From Naegleria gruberi (lineage: Eukaryota), in the NCBI GenBank assembly GCA_000004985.1, contig GG738872.1: a stretch of 64,000 bases of DNA; one strand, 5' to 3'. The translations under genes were made by a program, and so were the position numbers. Position 1 is the first letter of the stretch. Each line of letters starts with the position of its first letter. The notes under the pieces were generated by a model. That model made no database searches and was not told the DNA's origin. It was given only the letters and a program-made list of their open reading frames with translations. This document shows positions 44,023 to 55,300 of the stretch, in pieces.

Positions 44023-44444
44023 ATTTTTTAAACGTAATTAAAAATTTATTAAAAATAATAAAAATATTTTATTTAAATATGTTATTGTTGTTCATTGTGA
44101 TTGAGAGTTAATAGAGTTTGATTGAAAATGAACATCAAATTGAAACAAATGATAACCTCAATGTCAGTACGTATCATTCGGGTATTTTTGAAAGTAGGGA
44201 CTGAATCTGGAAGAGGAAAATGGATAACAAGCTTCAATCCAATCAATGATGATACTCAATTAAAGCCTAGCAAGATAACCACCCAATTGTTCTGTCACTC
44301 TGATTTCATTAGAACAAAGCTTACAAAACCTTACAAAGAAATATCGTGTTTCATGATAATTCTTCAAATCTGGATTTGAATTGCAATTTACCACAAAATC
44401 AAGCTGATCAAGTTATTAATAATCAATTCCATTATTACTAAAAA

Positions 44445-45059
44445 ATGTCACAACAAAAAGCTAATTCGGGATCATCTTCCAACACCAATGCAAATATCAA
44501 AAAAACAAATTCCAAAGAGAATCGCCACGTATTCCTCACAGAAAAGGAACAACTCGAACAATATGGAAGAATTGTTGAACATGAAGAAATATCATGTGGT
44601 ATTTTGCTTTTTAGAAAATTGACCTCTAAATATGATTTCCTTTTAATGAAACATAGTCGTAGACTTGATTTACCAAAAGGAAGAATGGAACCTGGTGAAA
44701 CATTTATTGAAACTGCAAAGAGAGAATTCAATGAAGAGACTTCTATTCCATTGGATCTGATTGGGATTCATCCAGATTTTCTATTCGAAGAAAAGTATGC
44801 TTACTTTTCCAAATCAAAATCTATTCAAGTTGGAAAAACTCTAAAAATGTATATTGCATTTGCCAAGGACAGTTCCAAGCTGAATATTAAATTGACAGAG
44901 CATGGTGATTGTAAATGGACTCAATTCAAGGAAAAGGAAGCCATGACCATTCAGAATAATACAATTGATCCTCTCTTGAAAAGTATTCAGGACTATATGA
45001 ATGAGAAGGGATTGGATTTGGAAGCATTGGAAAAGACCAGTTTATCATCAAATATTTAA
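44445..45059 (+). CDS. Nudix hydrolase, 204 aa
   Basis: Nudix box GRMEPGETFIETAKREFNEETSI (Gx5Ex7REuxEExGu, with the terminal G replaced by S). Confidence 0.8.
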   Translation: MSQQKANSGSSSNTNANIKKTNSKENRHVFLTEKEQLEQYGRIVEHEEISCGILLFRKLTSKYDFLLMKHSRRLDLPKGRMEPGETFIETAKREFNEETSIPLDLIGIHPDFLFEEKYAYFSKSKSIQVGKTLKMYIAFAKDSSKLNIKLTEHGDCKWTQFKEKEAMTIQNNTIDPLLKSIQDYMNEKGLDLEALEKTSLSSNI

Positions 45060-45869
45060 ATAATATTTCCTCAATATTATTAAACATAACCGACTTTATT
45101 TCACTCATCTGCAATGCACATTACAATTAAGAAAAGTTGATTATCTAGTAAAAAATTGAAAATAAACAAGTCAAAAATATCTTTTATAGGGCTGTCGGTG
45201 AAGGATTCTATTCAATCAAAAAAACAATCAACACCCATCACGCAACGCAACGACATTTTTCAAAGCTCAAAAACTGTAGATTGGCACTTTCACTTTACAG
45301 TTTTCATTTGATCAACCTTTGTTGTAAGTTCAAGTCCAGATAAGTAAGTGCTCACTTTAGCTTGTCATGCAATAACGATATTCATGGTGTTAATAATAGT
45401 TTATGGTTGTCTTCTCCCAATTAAACAATCTCTTTTACAAAAAGCCAACTCATTGATTGATCTGTGAATTGTTGATCAATTTCTCCACCAAGAACACAAA
45501 TAGACTTGTTAAAAAAATCATCACCCATACAACTAGAAGTGGAAAATTAGATATTATTAATAGTAGTTGTGTTGTAATATTTAACAAATAGTAGTAAAAA
45601 ACAACAAGAGAATCAGTCGATTATCAGTAAAACACAACAAAGAACCAAGAAACTAACTGATATTATCATCAACATCAAGTGCATTCTCCAGATCGCCATC
45701 CACTCTACAAAATAAGTAACCACAGTTACCGCCACTTTTTCTAATAATACTTCCCCATTAATAATCATCATCAGAACGAGAGTACCAACCATAGCATTGA
45801 ACCCGGACCTCTCATCACAACAAACACCTTGGGCAATTTAGAAAAACCGTTGCAAAAATCAAAAAACAA

Positions 45870-46895
45870 ATGCCAAAACAGCTAGTGTGTCAAAATAGAG
45901 AAGAATCTGCCGTTGGAACTACTTTATCAATGGATAGAGTCGCAATCAACCAATCTTCTCAAAGACCAAATAGTAAACCAGCAACAGCATCACATAGATT
46001 GGGATCCTTTGCATTTCAACCTTATCAATTGTTCAATCCGACTCCCTATGCAACAAAACACAAGGCAACTGATTGTTGTGATGATGTTATCAGTAACGGA
46101 TCCAATCATTCAAAATCTTCCGATTCTAAGGAACTACCAATCAATTTGATGACTAGTAACAACAAGGTGGAGAGAATGTCTATCTGTAACGTATCATCTG
46201 AAACTAGGCAATTACCAAACAGCAAACCATTGTCTCCTCCATCATCGTCATCATCATTAGCAGTTCAAAAGACTTGTCATCCACCAATTACAACTATTAC
46301 TCATGTACCATCACCTGTAACAACTAATGTTGCATTATCTCGTTCTACCCACCACCTAGGCTCTAGTCAACCAAACAGTGTTGTACCACAAATCAAACTA
46401 CCACCTACCTCAATGTATCCATATTCCAAACAACAAACATCAATTGATAATATCTCCCCACCAACTCATATTATACAACCACTCCCACCACTTCCTTCAA
46501 TCAATTCAATGAGATCTTTGGTTGCTCAATCACCAAAAGTTCATAAACAAGGTTTTGCTTCTCCAAAGACCAAGGCCAAGAAGGGGTTGACAGCTCACTT
46601 GACAACCAACAATTTTTCTGCCGTTGTAAACTCTGGATCAAACACAAAATCCTTTGGTTCTTCAACCAGTACAACTCAAAACTTTTATGCTTCTCCAATG
46701 AAATCAGTTGACAATAGTAACCCATACACTATTTCTTCATTAACAACCAGCTCCACTACCCAAAATGAAAATGTCGACCGTACTAACATTATGAATAACA
46801 CTACTCCTAACCAAACACCAGAAAAGAAAGAAGCTCCACCTACAGTCAAACCAATTCCAAAACTTCCTTTTGGTACTCTCTCACTAATGAACTGA
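45870..46895 (+). CDS. Hypothetical S/T/P-rich disordered protein, 341 aa
   Basis: A long ATG ORF in a stop-dense AT-rich background. The composition is dominated by S, T, P, N. No domain recognised. Confidence 0.4.
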   Translation: MPKQLVCQNREESAVGTTLSMDRVAINQSSQRPNSKPATASHRLGSFAFQPYQLFNPTPYATKHKATDCCDDVISNGSNHSKSSDSKELPINLMTSNNKVERMSICNVSSETRQLPNSKPLSPPSSSSSLAVQKTCHPPITTITHVPSPVTTNVALSRSTHHLGSSQPNSVVPQIKLPPTSMYPYSKQQTSIDNISPPTHIIQPLPPLPSINSMRSLVAQSPKVHKQGFASPKTKAKKGLTAHLTTNNFSAVVNSGSNTKSFGSSTSTTQNFYASPMKSVDNSNPYTISSLTTSSTTQNENVDRTNIMNNTTPNQTPEKKEAPPTVKPIPKLPFGTLSLMN

Positions 46896-47214
46896 TATAG
46901 ATATATCCTTTGCAACAATTAATTGACTATTGTGAATATTTAACTCCCTTTTGATCTTTACCAACCACCAAACAATTTTTTCCTTGCTCAACTTACAACT
47001 GCTGATAATTTGAGGTTGAAACTGAAAACCATCACCCAAGTTGTGTTCCAAGAAGAGAATCACAACAGTTGCATGTTGTTTTCAATTTTCCTTATTTCAA
47101 AAACGTTGAAAGAAGAATAAGAAAAAAATTCACAACGCTCACCCCGCTACAACCTTTTTTATTAACTTATTTATTGTTAAATAGTTTTTGTACATTCTCC
47201 TGTAAATAGATAAC

Positions 47215-47412
47215 TTGATCACCACTACACACAGCTTCATCATGCGACCATTATTCGGACCTCTTGTAGATACTAAACTCTCACGACTCTATACAAAGGG
47301 TAACAATCCCGAAGAGAATAAGAAGAATCTAGAGTCTACCACGAAAAAGACTTATGCTTTTGTTCTCTTTTGTGTTGTTGCCACTTCTGTGGGTTTGTTC
47401 TTTAAAGAATAA
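47215..47412 (+). CDS. Possible small tail-anchored membrane protein, 65 aa (Sec61-beta-like?)
   Basis: C-terminal TM segment (TYAFVLFCVVATSVGLFF) preceded by RLYTKG, which is reminiscent of the Sec61-beta RFYTE motif. Very tentative. Confidence 0.2.
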   Translation: MITTTHSFIMRPLFGPLVDTKLSRLYTKGNNPEENKKNLESTTKKTYAFVLFCVVATSVGLFFKE

Positions 47413-47639
47413 AATCTAACTTCCGATCAATTACTTCATTGTGTCTTTTATTATCCAGATTACAGAGGCTTAGGTTTTGCTGCCGTTTGAACTGAATTAA
47501 TGATGACTTACAACCAAAGTTTGTTGGCCAGTTCAAAGAATGCAGATTGCACTTGATGAATAGTTTGTAAAATGTGAGCTCACTTTTTTCTTAATAAATC
47601 AGTTTCAATGTCATTATTTTAATACAATTATTTGTAAAT

Positions 47640-50600
47640 TTATTGTTGAATGGTTGAGTTTGGTCTATTTTCCTTATCACCCAATTGTCTATATTTTTGC
47701 TTGATAGATTCCAAGTCGATGGAACTACTATATCTATTGGTAGCACTATTGGCCTTGATATTGGCAAATCTTTCTCTGAGACTATCAATATTGTTGGTAG
47801 AGGAGAGAGCACTCGAGTAGGTAGAACCATTAATATTGGACAAGCTTCTCATCTTTCTATAATCCTCAATTGATTTTGGTTTGGTATCAAATTGAGAAAT
47901 GGTGGCACTATTTACACTGCTGTAACGAGATAAGATGTTTTGGGAGAGGCTGGAAGTGGCAGGGGTTGTTGTTGGAATTTCCTTGAGAACTGGTCTAACT
48001 TCCTCTGGAGGAGAACTGAATGGCATTTGGTTGACTGAATGATTGACTGTAATGGTTGGAGTTTGTTGTGTAGATTCGAGGGCGACCTTCTTCGATTGTT
48101 CATGAGCAGCAATCTTGGCAACAGATCCAATAATGTACTCTTGGAAAATCTTACCAAATGATGTAGTTCCAAGGAATTCGTTGATTTTAAATTCAGGATG
48201 TTGCACTTGGAATTTGTAAAGCTTATATAATCCAGATCTTGTGGTTTCCTTATTTCCAATTAATGTACAAATTTCCTTGAGTTGATCACTCTCTGATTCA
48301 AACAAGCTGTTGGTGCTATCAGAGGATGTAAAGGTGTTAGTGTTGGTGGAAGAACTAGAAAGAGAGAGGACGTTCAACTCGTGTTCAATGTGAGAAATCA
48401 TAACCTTATTGAGTGTTGTGAGATAGGTTCTCAAAGAGTTTCCTTTCAGCTTGACAAGAGTTTGGATAATAGTCTTGATCATTCTCAAAGGGCTATCATC
48501 CTTGCCTTCAAAGAATGTTGGAGGATTGCTAGAGAGGAAGCTTTGAATATCCAACAATACTGAACCAATTTCAATGATACCAATTGTCTTTTCCAAAGTC
48601 TTAGTGAGCTTGGAGAGACACTTGATAAGTACCTTGGTAAAGCTGGTTGGTTCCTTTTCATGATCGAGGCAGGACTTTTCCAATAAAGTAATCAAGCAAC
48701 TGTAAGCAGTGGTTCTGGAACAATTTTCAAGAATACGAAGAATGAGAGTATTGAGAGCAGCAACCATCTTTTCACCATATTCAATAGTTGGTAACTTGTC
48801 ATTGAGTAAAAGTCTGAGTAAGACTTCTAAAAGATTGAGGAGAGTCTTCTTTTGTACCAATGAGGAAAAGTTTCTAGATTCAAACAAACCCATCATGGTA
48901 TTGATCATAATCTTACAAATTCTTGGACCAGAGAGACCAATAATGACAGAGTCAAAAGCAACCTCAAAGAAGATGGAAAGGGAGTAAACCAATTGTTCTC
49001 TATTCATGGAAATACCCATATCTTGGTATTCAACATGCTTATCAAGAGTCTTCATGGCATTCATAGCATTTTCAAAGTTACTGATTTTAGTGTTAGTGAG
49101 AACTCTAATGATTTGTTCGACAGACATTTGTACATCCTTAGATTGTGGAACAATATTAATCTTCTTTGGAGTTAACAAGGTGGTTGGTGACAATAATAAT
49201 TCTTCAGTAGCAAGCTTTGAGAATTTGAGCTTCTTTGGTGTAGTAAAGACACTATCCTTGACTGTTGAAATGCTTCTCTTTCCTGGAGTAGAAGGAGGAG
49301 ACATTGGACATTCGATTGGTTTTGGGAAGTCCATTTTGAACAAGGAGGATTGAACAAGAGTTTTTCTTGAGCTCTTATCATCTTCAATGACTGGTTGGAC
49401 TGGAGTAGGTTGTGTAACTGTTTTAGATTGGTTTTGCTTTTTCATTTCTCCAATAGTGAGGGAAGAGGAGGATCTTTGCAAAGTTGAAGCAGCTGGTTGG
49501 GTTTGTGGTTGTTGGGCAGGCTTAGTTGGTGGTTGTTCAGCTTTGACTGGTTGAACTTGTTGGACAGTTTGTTGGGCTGCTGCTGTTGGTTGATATTGGT
49601 TTTCATACTTGGAAATAACAGCAATGATGCTACTCTTGGAAGCATTGTTGAGATCTTGACAGAAACTCTTGATAAAATCAGCACCAGTTGTTCTGATAAC
49701 CTTTTCCAAAACTGTTTCAGCAAGTTTTCTTGTGCATGCCTTTGGGTCTTGCAAGCAGTTAATGAGAGGCTTGGCGAGGTGTTGGAGAGTATCCCTAGAT
49801 TTGTTCTTGACTTCCAAAATGTAAGTGTCAATGAATTGGAGAGCATCTCTTCTTCCTTCAGGATGGCCCTTCTCATTGTTCAAAGGCTTGTCCATATACT
49901 TGATAATGTTATCCATATTGAGAGATTTAACAAGTCCTTCTAAAGTTTGGTAAGTAGCAGTTCTGATCACCTTATTGTTGTGAGTGAATTTGGTCACCAA
50001 ATTTTGTAAAATGACTGGACTGAACTTTTCAAATCCACTACCAGCAGCTTCACCAATGAAAACATAAAGTTCCATTGTTGTACTGAGAATCTTGACATTA
50101 GCATCTTCCATTCTCTTCTTCAGAGCTTGAATGAGATTATTAAGATTTGGAGTAATTCTCTTATTAGCTTCAGTGATTATATTCTTGATTTCTTCCAAAG
50201 CTTCCAATCTAGTCTTCCAAGCTTTGTCCTCCAATTCTCCAAGAATCTTTGATGTAATCTTGCCAGAGATATCAGTTCTTGGCAGTAAATCATCAAAAGA
50301 TGGAGCACTACCTGGTTCACCAGACTTACTACTTGTACTAACATTCATACCTCTGACAAACTTGGTTTGTGTAGGTGGAGCATCTGTGAATTTTTGGAAT
50401 TCCTTCTTGATGGAATCCAACAATGCAGGCTTGACATCATTCAAATAATTCAAAAGTCCATCTCCCATAAACTTTTTCATGGAACAGAGAATTTCTGTAG
50501 CGCCAGTCTTGACAGGAGGCTTAGCATTACCCAAACAAACCTTTGAAAAATCAATAATTGACTTGACATCAATAGTTTGCATGGCAAAGTGTTCGATTGT

Positions 50601-51629
50601 AGCAGCCATCCATCCAAGAGTTTCACCAGCAATCTTTGGATTCTTGTGATCCTTAATAATTGGGTAGAGTTGATTAAAGACGAATTGAGGAGAGTACATT
50701 TCAGCAAGCTTGGAAAGACATTGAGTGCAAGGATCTTTCAATTTGGCAGTAGCAATCTTTTCAACAAGTCCTTCAATAACTGTTACAGCAGGCCCAGTTG
50801 AAAGAGTTGAGCAACTGTCCACAATTAACATTACCATTTCAATAACTTTTGACAAATTTTGAACATTTGATTCCTTCCAGCCAGGCTTTGAGTTAAGAGT
50901 TACGACAATAACATCAGCATTACTAGCCATAACATCCTTATCCATTTCTGTTAGGGATTTAGAGAGAGATTCAATTGCTTCCATACGTTCCTTCAATTTA
51001 GAAGAAGATAATGCCTCAACAATGGATGCATCAATAATTTCTGCAATTCTACTTTGAGCCTCCTCAAGGGACACTGTATTTCTAATACTGTTATCAATAG
51101 GTTTGGAAAGTTCCTTCCCACCAGCAGCTTTCTTTTTTGCAGGTGCAGCAGAAGAAGCACCATCTGATTTTCTCTTCTGTGAAGGATTTGGTCTTGAGAG
51201 GGCTGGCTTTTTAAGAGGAGGACGACTAGTTGTTTTTGGTGGTGATGTTGTTATTGTTGTTGTTGACTCGGTAATAGTATCGGCATCAACAGCAGATTCT
51301 TCCTCTGCTATTGTTGCTTCTGTTGTTGTTTTAGATGGTGTTGAAGTTATTGTTGTTTGTGATGATTCCTCCTCTGTATTTGATGATGATGATGATGTTG
51401 TTGCTGCAGTAGTGCTTCGTTTGAATGGACGAGCCTTGTGTTTACGTTGTGGTGGAGGTCGATTGGTTCTTGTGGTTTGGGAAATTCCTCCTGTGGATCC
51501 TTCTTGTTGTAAGGCTTGCTCTAACATTTTTTGGAAGAGAGCATTCGAGTCCAATACATCTACATTTTCGCCATTATCATCGGTGGCTTGATTATTGTTT
51601 GATGTTGTAGGGATTGGCTTGTCTTCCAT
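47640..51629 (-). CDS. TOG/HEAT-repeat microtubule-regulator-like protein (XMAP215/CLASP/crescerin-type TOG domains), about 1330 aa, single exon
   Basis: ORF 47640-51665 begins at TTG. The first ATG at 51629 gives MEDKPIP. After a 200-aa S/T/A-rich N-terminus come TOG-like HEAT arrays, for example DKAWKTRLEALEEIKNIITEANKRITPNLNNLIQALKKRMEDANVKILSTTMELYVFIGEAAG...KVIRTATYQTLEGLV. Confidence 0.6.
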   Translation of the reverse strand: MEDKPIPTTSNNNQATDDNGENVDVLDSNALFQKMLEQALQQEGSTGGISQTTRTNRPPPQRKHKARPFKRSTTAATTSSSSSNTEEESSQTTITSTPSKTTTEATIAEEESAVDADTITESTTTITTSPPKTTSRPPLKKPALSRPNPSQKRKSDGASSAAPAKKKAAGGKELSKPIDNSIRNTVSLEEAQSRIAEIIDASIVEALSSSKLKERMEAIESLSKSLTEMDKDVMASNADVIVVTLNSKPGWKESNVQNLSKVIEMVMLIVDSCSTLSTGPAVTVIEGLVEKIATAKLKDPCTQCLSKLAEMYSPQFVFNQLYPIIKDHKNPKIAGETLGWMAATIEHFAMQTIDVKSIIDFSKVCLGNAKPPVKTGATEILCSMKKFMGDGLLNYLNDVKPALLDSIKKEFQKFTDAPPTQTKFVRGMNVSTSSKSGEPGSAPSFDDLLPRTDISGKITSKILGELEDKAWKTRLEALEEIKNIITEANKRITPNLNNLIQALKKRMEDANVKILSTTMELYVFIGEAAGSGFEKFSPVILQNLVTKFTHNNKVIRTATYQTLEGLVKSLNMDNIIKYMDKPLNNEKGHPEGRRDALQFIDTYILEVKNKSRDTLQHLAKPLINCLQDPKACTRKLAETVLEKVIRTTGADFIKSFCQDLNNASKSSIIAVISKYENQYQPTAAAQQTVQQVQPVKAEQPPTKPAQQPQTQPAASTLQRSSSSLTIGEMKKQNQSKTVTQPTPVQPVIEDDKSSRKTLVQSSLFKMDFPKPIECPMSPPSTPGKRSISTVKDSVFTTPKKLKFSKLATEELLLSPTTLLTPKKINIVPQSKDVQMSVEQIIRVLTNTKISNFENAMNAMKTLDKHVEYQDMGISMNREQLVYSLSIFFEVAFDSVIIGLSGPRICKIMINTMMGLFESRNFSSLVQKKTLLNLLEVLLRLLLNDKLPTIEYGEKMVAALNTLILRILENCSRTTAYSCLITLLEKSCLDHEKEPTSFTKVLIKCLSKLTKTLEKTIGIIEIGSVLLDIQSFLSSNPPTFFEGKDDSPLRMIKTIIQTLVKLKGNSLRTYLTTLNKVMISHIEHELNVLSLSSSSTNTNTFTSSDSTNSLFESESDQLKEICTLIGNKETTRSGLYKLYKFQVQHPEFKINEFLGTTSFGKIFQEYIIGSVAKIAAHEQSKKVALESTQQTPTITVNHSVNQMPFSSPPEEVRPVLKEIPTTTPATSSLSQNILSRYSSVNSATISQFDTKPKSIEDYRKMRSLSNINGSTYSSALSSTNNIDSLRERFANIKANSATNRYSSSIDLESIKQKYRQLGDKENRPNSTIQQ

Positions 51630-52370
51630 TTTTTTTGAATTTGTTTGTGGATTGTTTAACACCAACTAACGATCAATTTTTTTAAATTTTGGCGCCATTT
51701 AATTTTGGCGGGCAAACAACTAAAATCTACCAGTCAACTGAATTAATTCTTTCACTTGACAATCAAATAGTGTTATTGGTAATACCTCTCACAAATAATA
51801 TGTAATACAAAACCCATCTCAATAACAAATATTTCGAAATCAATACAGTCAAATGTTATCACTCTACAATTTTTTCACAAGTTATTTCCGCCCAATTTAA
51901 CGATATTCATCAATTTGGCACTCTCTTTCCCCTCTGTGAATTTTCCATTTAAAAGGCATTACTCATTTTTAACTGAATTTTCTGTAAAAGAAGAGAGGAA
52001 TGTTTTTTTGGAGGTTGTGCCGTAAGTACAGTTGGTTCATGGATGATTTGAAGAAAGGGCAGACAAATAACTTGTTGTAAAGACGCACACTAGAGAGTTT
52101 TAACAAGTTAAAAAACAGTGTCAATTGGTTGCTCTCTCTGATCCTCTTTTACTTTCGATTGGTTTCGTATATCGTAGTTATTGGACTAAGAGTATCGACG
52201 ATAGTGGAAGATTTTAAAGGATTTTGGGTAATAATTATTTTATGGGGTAGGTTTTACTTGTCAACGTTCTAGTTCACCTTCTTGCCTGTCAAAAATACAA
52301 AAAAAGGACGAAATATTATCTCTTAAAGTTTTGATGAGAATTGAATAATCAATCAATAGAAAATTATAAA

Positions 52371-55300
52371 ATGTTAACCCAAAAGTATAATCCCAAGATG
52401 AAACTTGGTAGTGGAGCAGAAGGATTAGTTTATTTAGGTTCGTATACCTATTCGAAATATATATTGACATTAGGAAACATATTATTTCATCATCATCATT
52501 TTCAATAATAATAACAATAATAACAATAATTATCATCATCATCATCGTGATCACAACTCCAGTCGAGGAAAAATCCACCAACAAACTATTCGCCATCAAG
52601 ATGATTACTCTCTTTGAGGAAGAAAATTTTGAAAAGATTAAAAAGGAAGTCGATTTGGTTCGGAAGTTTCATGAACACAACAATATTGTGAGGTATTTTG
52701 ATTATTTTGAGGAGAGAACCATTGATGCTTTTGCAGGTGTTGAATTGAGACTCTTCTTTGTTATGGAATATTGGTAAGTAATTTATATATTTGATTTGTT
52801 ATATATTCAATAATAATAATATTATATTCAAATTTGCTATTATTATTATGTGTTTTTTCAATATCCATTCATCAATGTTATCTTCATATGAAATTGTTAC
52901 TTTACTATGATGATTATGATGATTATATACATATGAAACTCTGATCAATATATTGAACATCATCATCAACATTGATACAATGCATCTCTAATGGATCAAA
53001 TCAATAATAATGCTAATAACATTAACATGATCACCAAATTCTTCAATTCTACAACTGTGATTTTTCTTCATCATATTTGCACATCATCCAATATCCAATT
53101 ATTATCAATTAATAACACTAATAATACTAACAATAACAACAACTACTATAACAACATTCATATAAATAGTGATAAGGGAAGTTTAGAAACCATCATTCAA
53201 GAATATCTCAAGGAAGGACAACATAAGAATAGTGGAAGTGAGGATTTGGCAGCTGATAAGCATCTACCCTTCTCTTTTATAATATCAACTATAAAACAAT
53301 TGACGAGTGTTTTAGTATATATACATAATCAACAAATAGTACATAGAGATGTAAGTCTAGTCCATTAATTTCAAATAGTTGATCATCTTTTTCGAAATGA
53401 TAATGACATAATATGAAACTATAGTTAAAACCTGCCAATTTACTATTCAAAGCTGTATCATCAACAAATATATCCATCACAGAGACAAGTAATGAATCAA
53501 CAACAACAACAACAACAGCTGTTTCCACATCAAAGGAACAACATTCAACAAGTTGTACTTCTATATCAGAAAATGATAATATTATTGAAAATTGTAAAAA
53601 AGAAGCATATAATGATTGGGTACTCAAATTGAGTGATTTTGGATTCACCAAACAAATGAAAGATAATATGGCCCAAAGTTTTGTTGGAACAATCCAATAC
53701 ATGTCACCTGAATTGTTCAGTTCAAAGAAATATGATGCAGGTACTGATATTTGGTCATTTGGTGTTTGTATTTTAAGAATGTTTGCATTTCTGGATGAAA
53801 CCAAAGTTCCAGATCTGAGACATGAAATTAAGAAGGATTCAGAGTTTGTATGTAAATTATGCAAAAAGTATAAGGCTCCTAAGGTGGTTGAGGAGATTGT
53901 CTATGCCTGTCTGTTATTGGATCCAACCGATCGTCCAACAGCTGCAGAGATTTCACAATTTTTGGAAGAGTTTGAGAAGAGTGGAGGAACTGTTTCTCTG
54001 TTAAAGAAGGTTAAATTCACACCACCACCTTCATCACAAAATTTAAATGATCAGAATGGAATGTTGGATGTTTCTATAACGATGGATGATGAATTGTCCT
54101 CCTCTTCATCCTCTGATGGAAGTCTTCCATTGGAAAAGATTATCAATGATAAGGCACGAGAATTTTGGAAGCAACATTCTTGGGAGAGAAGAGTCAATTG
54201 GATGGATTTCAGAGAGGCCTACATTAATCTGATTCAACAATTGAAAATCGAAGAAAAGAAGAATGAAAATAATGAAATTACAACTGAGTCTCCTGGGATT
54301 AATATTAGTTATACAGGAATTTCAATGACTGATTTCATGAGAGGCCTAAAGACTGGCGTATGTAACAAGTATTTCGACACTGTATCAATAGAAGATTTGA
54401 ATGAATTGACAAAGCAAGCTGGTTTCCCGTTCAATCCTGAATATGTGATAAATCTTGCTGCTTACGAGATAACTGACGACAAGGAGGTTGATATTGAAGA
54501 TGTAACAATGGATACTGAAACTTTCATGAGGGCGCAATCCAAATATTTGGAAACTATTCTGACTTGTGATAAGGTATTCATTGATCCAATATCTCAGGAA
54601 CCTCTCCAGATTGATCAACATTTGGCTCCTCTGGAATTGGTTGAAACCAATGAATGGAATGATCTTTTGAAAACCGAACAAGAAATTGAAGAAGACGATG
54701 AAAAGAAAACCAAAGTCGAACGAGGATCGAGTCAATACTATGAAGATGCAGTTGATTTCCTCTCGAGTACCAGTGATAGACCTCTCAAATATCTCATTTT
54801 GGGTTCTGCTGCTTGTGGTAAGACTTGTATGATGAAACGATTGTGCTACAAGGCAGCTCAATCTGCTTACAAGAGGGCTGGTGATACAAATTCATTCGAT
54901 TTGGTTCCACTCATGGTTCCAGTAGCAAATATTCCAGTAGAAGAGCACGACAATATCCCATTCAAACTCAAGTGTATCAGAGCATCGGCTGACACCTTCA
55001 ACAAGGGTCTCAAATATTCTGCAGATGTGGAAAAGTTCCTCTTAAATGTTTGGCAATGTGGACGATTACTCTTATTATTGGATGGCCTTGATGAGGGTGG
55101 AGAGAATAGAGCCAAATTGGAAAAGCAAATTTGCAAGCTCAATTTCAGAGAGTTGGGAGGCATTCTCACCACCAGTAGAGTCAGTGGTTTCGAACAGGAA
55201 GAGGCCAAGAATGTTTTTGATAGTTTCAAGATTGCAAGAATCAAACCACTCACTTATCAAATTCAAAAGCAAGTTGCCTTGAGTAGAGGTCTCAAAGATC

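Noticed and set aside
44122-44379. 85-aa ORF between the NDUFS4 and Nudix genes
   Set aside because: Lies in the divergent promoter or UTR region. No recognizable motif. Overlaps the likely 5' UTR of the Nudix gene.
51103-51591. 162-aa plus-strand ORF rich in V/D/G/A inside the TOG gene
   Set aside because: It is the reverse reading of the S/T/A-rich codon repeats at the N-terminus of the minus-strand TOG protein. An artefact of repeat composition.
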